This document shows positions 58,399 to 64,000 of a stretch of DNA of 64,000 nt, piece by piece. The DNA is from an uncultured Arcobacteraceae bacterium. GTDB lineage: Bacteria; Campylobacterota; Campylobacteria; Campylobacterales; Arcobacteraceae. Where the stretch lies: NCBI GenBank assembly GCA_964022095.1, contig CAXHZO010000003.1, positions 128,001 through 192,000 of the forward strand. Direction: 5' to 3'. Position numbers and translations under genes: made by a program. Within the stretch, counting starts at the first letter, position 1; every line of letters starts with the position of its first letter. A model generated the notes under the pieces. It saw only the letters and a list, made by a program, of their open reading frames with translations, ran no database searches and had not been told where the DNA came from.

Positions 58399-61300
58399 AT
58401 GTCTATTACAAAATTTGCTTTAGAAAAAAGCACTGTTACTATAGTCTTCTCACTTATGCTTTTAATCTATGGAGTAATATCTTTTTTTGATTTACCAAGG
58501 GCAAAAGATCCAGGTTTTATAATAAGAACTGCAACAGTTGTAACATACTTTCCAGGAGCTAGTGCAAAAAGAGTTGAGCAACTTGTAACTGATAAGCTAG
58601 AAAAAACTATACAAGAAATGCCTGAACTTGATAATATAAAATCAACTTCAAAAAATGGTGTATCAATAATCTTTGTAAATATTTTAGAAAAGCACAAAAA
58701 TATGCGTGAGATTTGGGATAGTCTTAGAAGAAAAGTTGAAAAAGGAAGTAGGGCATTACCAGATGGAACAAGCCAACCTATAGTAAATGATGAGTTTGGA
58801 GATGTTTATGGAAATTTAATCTCAATTACAAGTGATGGATTAGAGTATAAAGAGCTTGAAGATATTGCAAATGATGCTAAGGATATTATACTAAGAATTG
58901 ATGAGGTTGCTAAGGTTGAGTTACTAGGGCTTCAACCTCAAAGGGTTTATGTAGAGTTTGATAATACAAAACTAGCAAAATTAAATCTTAGTGCATCATA
59001 TCTAAAGAATATTTTAGCGCAAAAAAATATAGTTTTATCAGGTGGAAGTATAAAGGTTGATACTTCAAGATTATCAGTTGAACCAACTGGAAATTATGAA
59101 AATATAAAACAAATAGAAAATACTATTGTTCCTTTAGCAACGGGTGAGTATATATACTTAAAAGACATTGCAAACATAAAGTATGAATATAAAGACCCAA
59201 GTAGTTTCATAGTAAGAAAAAATGGCCAAAATGCTATAGTTTTAGCTGTTTCTATGAAAAAAGATGGGGATATTATAAAGCTTGGAGAGAAACTTGATAA
59301 CTTGATGCTAGATATTCAAAATAAACTTCCTTTAGGCGTGAAATTAGAAAAGCTTTTTGATGAACCAAAAATTGTAGAGCAAATCGTTGGAAACTTTGTA
59401 GATAACTTACTTCAAGCTATGGCTTTAGTTGTTTTAGTGATGTTGTTTTCATTAGGATTTAGAACAGGTCTTATAGTTGCTGTTTTAATTCCTATGTCGG
59501 TTTTAACTTCTTTTATCATCATGAGTATTTTTGATATTTGGTTAGATCAGGTATCCCTTGCTGCACTTATTATCTCTTTAGGTCTTTTAGTTGATAGTGC
59601 AATTGTTATGAGTGAATCTATAATGGTTTTAATGCAAAGGGGAAAGAGTGTATTTGAAGCTTCACTCCAAAGTGCAAATGAACTAAAAGTACCACTTTTA
59701 ACATCAGCACTTACAACATCAGCAGCCTTTTTACCTATATTTTTAGCAAAATCAAGCACAGGAGAGTATACAAACTCTATATTTAAAGTAGTTACTATAA
59801 CTTTACTTTCTTCTTGGGTTTTAGCACTTACTTTAACACCTGTTTTAAGCAAATATTTTATGAAAAAGAAAAAGCTTGAAACTAAAGAGAGTAAGTTTTA
59901 TTTTTATTATAGAGGGTTTTTAAAAACTGTTTTAAAATTTAGATATTTAACGGTTTTAGTTGTAATTTTAATTTTTGTGGGCTCACTAAAAGTTTTAGAT
60001 ATTGTTCCAAAGAAGTTTTTTCCACCTTCAAGTGAACCTAGTTTTACTTTAGAGCTTAGGCTTCCAGTAGGAACAAATATAGATACTACAAAACAAGCAG
60101 TAGGAAAAATAGAAGAGTATATAAATCAAAAATATATTGTAAAAAAACAAAGTGTTAAAAACTTTGTCTCTTTTATAGGACAAAGTGCTCCAAGGTTTTG
60201 GTTAGCTTATGACCAAGAGTTAGCTAGTGTAGAGTACAGTACTATCTTAGTTAATGTAAAAGAGTATAAAAATCTATATAGTGTAAAAAAAGATGTAGAA
60301 GATTTCACAAAAAATAGTTTCCCAGATATGCAAGTATCAGCAAAAGTTTTAGCAAACGGACCTCCTGTTAAACAGCCAATTGAGATAAGAATAAGTGGAA
60401 AAGATGTTGATAAACTTTTTGAGTTAAGTTCAAAAATAAAACAAGAGTTGTCAAGTTATGATGAAGTTAAAACTATAGTTGATGATTGGGGTATTAGAAA
60501 TAAAAAGTTTGTTGTGGATATTGATGAAGCAAAGGCTTTAAAAGAGGGTATTTCAAATCTTGATATTGCAATATCTTTACAAAGTGCTTTAAGTGGTTTT
60601 GAGGTTACGACTTTTAGAAAAGGTGATAAGCTTATACCTATAGTTTTAAGATCAAATGAGAATACAAAAGATGATTTAGATAGATTTAAATCTATTAGTG
60701 TTTATTCTCAAAGTAGTGGAAAAAATATACCTTTATCTCAAGTTGCTTCTGTGAAAGTAGTTTTTGAAGAGTCAAAAATCATAAGAAGAGATAGACTAAA
60801 AACAGTAACTATTGGAGCAAATATAAATCAAGAAGCAAATGCAATAGCAGTATTTGAAAAAATACAGCCTTTTATGACCGAGCTAGAAGAAAAGTTTCCT
60901 TTGGGTTATTATTATGAGTTTGGTGGAGAGTATGAAGCCTCAGGAAAAGCAAATAAGTCAATAGTTGAGAATTTACCTCTTGCTTTTATGATAATAGTTT
61001 TACTTATGGTTGCACAGTTTAACTCTATTAGAAAGCCAATTATTATTCTTGTTTCTATTCCTTTAGGAATAATTGGAGTATCAATTGGGCTTTACATAAT
61101 GAACTCATATTTTGGCTTTATGACTCTTTTAGGAATTATTTCTTTAAGTGGTATTGTAATCAATAACGCAATTGTTTTATTAGAGAGAATAAAACTTGAA
61201 AATGAAAATGGTTTAAATCTTTATGACTCTATTATTGAAGCTTGTGTAAGTAGGTTTAGACCTATCATTCTTACAACAATCACCACTATTTTCGGACTTA

Positions 61301-61440
61301 TTCCTTTATGGTATAGTGGAGGTGAGATGTGGGAGCCTATGGCTATTTCAATTATATTTGGTTTGATGTTCTCTACGATATTAACATTAGGTTTCATACC
61401 TGTTTTATATGCTATCTTTTATAAAGTAAAGAGGTCTTAA
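58399..61440 (+). CDS. RND efflux permease (AcrB/CzcA superfamily)
   Basis: FPGASAKRVEQLVT, LGLLVDSAIV, RFRPIILTT; 1013 aa. Confidence 0.94.
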   Translation: MSITKFALEKSTVTIVFSLMLLIYGVISFFDLPRAKDPGFIIRTATVVTYFPGASAKRVEQLVTDKLEKTIQEMPELDNIKSTSKNGVSIIFVNILEKHKNMREIWDSLRRKVEKGSRALPDGTSQPIVNDEFGDVYGNLISITSDGLEYKELEDIANDAKDIILRIDEVAKVELLGLQPQRVYVEFDNTKLAKLNLSASYLKNILAQKNIVLSGGSIKVDTSRLSVEPTGNYENIKQIENTIVPLATGEYIYLKDIANIKYEYKDPSSFIVRKNGQNAIVLAVSMKKDGDIIKLGEKLDNLMLDIQNKLPLGVKLEKLFDEPKIVEQIVGNFVDNLLQAMALVVLVMLFSLGFRTGLIVAVLIPMSVLTSFIIMSIFDIWLDQVSLAALIISLGLLVDSAIVMSESIMVLMQRGKSVFEASLQSANELKVPLLTSALTTSAAFLPIFLAKSSTGEYTNSIFKVVTITLLSSWVLALTLTPVLSKYFMKKKKLETKESKFYFYYRGFLKTVLKFRYLTVLVVILIFVGSLKVLDIVPKKFFPPSSEPSFTLELRLPVGTNIDTTKQAVGKIEEYINQKYIVKKQSVKNFVSFIGQSAPRFWLAYDQELASVEYSTILVNVKEYKNLYSVKKDVEDFTKNSFPDMQVSAKVLANGPPVKQPIEIRISGKDVDKLFELSSKIKQELSSYDEVKTIVDDWGIRNKKFVVDIDEAKALKEGISNLDIAISLQSALSGFEVTTFRKGDKLIPIVLRSNENTKDDLDRFKSISVYSQSSGKNIPLSQVASVKVVFEESKIIRRDRLKTVTIGANINQEANAIAVFEKIQPFMTELEEKFPLGYYYEFGGEYEASGKANKSIVENLPLAFMIIVLLMVAQFNSIRKPIIILVSIPLGIIGVSIGLYIMNSYFGFMTLLGIISLSGIVINNAIVLLERIKLENENGLNLYDSIIEACVSRFRPIILTTITTIFGLIPLWYSGGEMWEPMAISIIFGLMFSTILTLGFIPVLYAIFYKVKRS

Positions 61441-61441
61441 A

Positions 61442-62758
61442 ATGTTTAAAACACTTTGGTTTAAAGTTTTAGTAGGAATGGTTTTAGGGGTTGTAGTTGG
61501 ACTTATGTTATCTCCAAATGCTTTTGCTTTAGTCTCAAAAGAAGTTGCTTTTACTATTGCTCCTTGGGTTGCTTTAGCTGGAAATATTTTTTTAGCACTT
61601 ATTAAAATGGTGGTAATACCTCTTGTAATGAGCTCAATTATTTTAGGAATTACAAGTGCAAATAATACAGAAACTTTAAAAAGTTTAGGTTTGAAAATAG
61701 CTCCTTATTTTGTATTTACAACTATAGTTTCTGTAATTTTTGGTTTAATTGTCGCCTTGTATGTAAACCCAGGACAATATGTATCAAAAGATATTTTAAA
61801 TACAATAAGTACAAGTAGTGTAGTAATCAAAGAGGTAAATCCTATTTCAAATACTTCAATTCCTGATATGATAGTAGATTTAATTCCTGTAAATGTAAGT
61901 CAAGCTGAACTTGATGGAAATATTCTATTTTTCGTAATACTTGCTATTTTTGTTGGTGTTGCTTTGATGAATATGGAAGATGATGACTCAAAACCTATGA
62001 AAGATTTAGCTAAGTCCTTTCAGGCTTTTTCTATGACAGTAGTTAGTTGGGCTATGAAGCTTGCTCCTTATGCTGTATTTGGTTTACTTTGTAGTATCAC
62101 TATTAAAATAGGTTTTGATGCAATATCATCTATGTCCATGTATGTGTTTACCGTTTTACTGGGATTATTTTCTCTTTTATGTTTTTATTTAACAGTTGTT
62201 TATTTAAGCTCAAAAATAAAGCCTCTTGATTTTTTAAGAAAAGTAAGAGAAGTACAACTCATGGCTTTTTCTACTTCATCATCAGCTGCTGTTATGCCTT
62301 TATCTATGAAAACAGCAGAAGATAAGCTAAATGTCCCAACACCAATTTCGAAGTTTGTAATACCTTTGGGTGCAACTATAAATATGGATGGAACAGCAAT
62401 TTATCAAGTAATAGCAGCTATATTTTTAACACAATTATTCGGAATAGATTTAAGTCTAACGCAGATGATTATTTTAGCTTTAACAACAGTTGCTGCATCT
62501 ATTGGAGCTCCTAGTACACCTGGAGTTGGTATTGTAATACTTGCAACAATACTTCAGAGTTTAGGAGTTCCAGTTGAGGGAATAGCACTTATTTTAGGAG
62601 TTGATAGAATACTTGATATGTGTAGAACTACTATAAATGTTACAGGGGACTTAACAGCCTCTTTAGTTATGAAAAAACTAGTAAATATTTCAAGCGATGA
62701 AGTAGATGTGGCAAAAGAGATAAATGCTTTAAAACAAAAGTTGAGTAAGGAAAACTAA
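61442..62758 (+). CDS. Dicarboxylate/amino acid:cation symporter (GltP-like)
   Basis: AFSTSSSAAVMP, PLGATINMDGT, GVDRILDMCRT. Confidence 0.93.
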   Translation: MFKTLWFKVLVGMVLGVVVGLMLSPNAFALVSKEVAFTIAPWVALAGNIFLALIKMVVIPLVMSSIILGITSANNTETLKSLGLKIAPYFVFTTIVSVIFGLIVALYVNPGQYVSKDILNTISTSSVVIKEVNPISNTSIPDMIVDLIPVNVSQAELDGNILFFVILAIFVGVALMNMEDDDSKPMKDLAKSFQAFSMTVVSWAMKLAPYAVFGLLCSITIKIGFDAISSMSMYVFTVLLGLFSLLCFYLTVVYLSSKIKPLDFLRKVREVQLMAFSTSSSAAVMPLSMKTAEDKLNVPTPISKFVIPLGATINMDGTAIYQVIAAIFLTQLFGIDLSLTQMIILALTTVAASIGAPSTPGVGIVILATILQSLGVPVEGIALILGVDRILDMCRTTINVTGDLTASLVMKKLVNISSDEVDVAKEINALKQKLSKEN

Positions 62759-62761
62759 AAT

Positions 62762-63162
62762 ATGAAAAAGAAAAAAACAGTATCATTAGTCTTAGGAAGT
62801 GGAGGAGCTAGAGGTTATGCTCATATTGGAGTTATAAAAGAATTAGAGAAGCAAGGCTATGAAATAAAATCTATTTCAGGTTCATCAATGGGTGCTTTAG
62901 TTGGTGGTTTATATGCAAGTGGGAAACTTCAAGCTTATGAGGATTGGGTTTTGAACTTTGATGCTTTAGATATTTTAAGCTAGTAGATTTTTCATTTTCA
63001 GATGGTGGAATGATAAAGGCAGATAAAGTCTTTGATAAAATCGAAGAGTTTATAGGTGAAGATGTTTTAATAGAAGATTTACCCATTCCTTTCACTGCAA
63101 CAGCAACTGATATTTTAAATAAAAAAGAAGTATGGCTAAAAAAAGGAAGTCTAAAAGATGCA
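62762..63162 (+). pseudogene. Patatin-like phospholipase (RssA-like), frameshifted and 3'-truncated
   Basis: GSGGARG and GSSMG motifs; one base missing near 62977 (adding an A restores [17 protein letters not shown]); sequence switches to antisense ectB at about 63162. Confidence 0.85.
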
Positions 63163-64000
63163 TTTTTAAACTCAATTGCTAACATCATTCCTTTTTGTCT
63201 AACATCTATTACTTGATAATATTTTGCTTCAAGTGAATTTAAAGTTTCTCTTATAATTTCACCTTTTCTTTTTGTCTCTTCATTAAATTCCTCATTTTTG
63301 AAATACTCTAATGCAATTTTTCCAGCAACAAATGAAAATCCTTGTCCTCTAAATGTTCCTGTATGCTGCCCTGGTCCCCATACTTTATCGAACTCAGGTT
63401 TATTTACAAGCATTCCAATTGGTGTTCCAACTCCTCCTAAACCTTTTGCTAAGATAATAATATCTGGGTCAACATCTAAATCATCAAAACTAAAGTAACT
63501 TCCACATCTTCCACAACCACACTGAATACTATCTAGAATAAAAAGTGCTCCTGTGTCATTTGCAAGTTTTTGCACACCTTGAAGCCACTGTTTACTAGCA
63601 GGTCTAACTCCACCTTCTGCTTGTACTGGTTCTACTATAAATGCAGCAGGTGGTAACATACCCGAACCCAAATCAAACATTTTTTGACGTAGGTTTTCAA
63701 GTGCCTCCATATCATTAAATGTATCTCTAATTACATTTGTAAGAGGAACTCCTGAACTACTTCTAAAAGCATTATTAGCAGTACAAGCAAGTGCACCTAA
63801 TGTCATACCATGAAAACCTCTATTAAAAGCAACAACTTCAGTTCTTCCTGTAACTTTTCTTGCAAGTTTTAGAGCTGCTTCAACTGCATTTGTTCCAGTA
63901 GGACCTGTAAATTGTAGTTTTCTATCTTCCCAACCACGTGGCTTTAAAACTGTATCAACAAATGTATTTATAAAATCTCTTTTTACATCAGTGTACATAT
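63159..64000 (-). pseudogene. ectB: Diaminobutyrate-2-oxoglutarate transaminase (EctB family), 3'-truncated; 5' end outside window
   Basis: QFTGPTGTNAVEAALKLARK, GFHGMTLGAL, VQAEGG, PGQHTGTFRG; similarity ends after LAIEFKNA. Confidence 0.85.

Noticed and set aside
62871-63158. C-terminal ~95 aa of the 375-aa minus-strand ORF
   Set aside because: It is antisense read-through into the patatin gene beyond the junction, not EctB sequence
1960-63498. Numerous 60-110 aa ORFs overlapping larger genes (e.g. 1960-2193, 15461-15760, 27680-28012, 59547-59852, 63298-63498)
   Set aside because: Antisense or alternate-frame shadows of well-supported genes
1-64000. CRISPR arrays, tRNA/rRNA, prophage or recognised defence systems other than ccdAB
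   Set aside because: No spaced repeats, structural RNA signatures or phage genes were recognised by eye

Overview
AT-rich chromosomal window, most likely from an Arcobacteraceae (Campylobacterota) genome, inferred from gene content and the Helicobacter-type fused urease. It contains fccAB sulfide dehydrogenase, many signalling genes, urtABCDE and a urease operon separated by a small accessory island, a TAXI-TRAP transporter, ectoine-related genes (doeB2-like, truncated doeA, truncated ectB) and a TetR-TolC-MFP-RND operon. Main observations: (1) A 2,863-bp IS256-family unit (19544-22406) is bounded by imperfect terminal inverted repeats and an 8-bp target duplication (TTAATAGA). It carries an ArsR regulator and a metal permease as internal cargo, has a single nonsense codon in its transposase, and has split a proteasome/Ntn-hydrolase-like gene that can be rebuilt in frame. 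(2) A ~9.25-kb block (about 53907-63160) is spliced between doeA and ectB and cuts four genes mid-frame with no mobile-element signature, suggesting a rearrangement or an assembly or splice artefact. (3) Several operator-like motifs recur, including a 17-bp palindrome shared by the urtA and ureD upstream regions. No CRISPR array, rRNA or tRNA was recognised.
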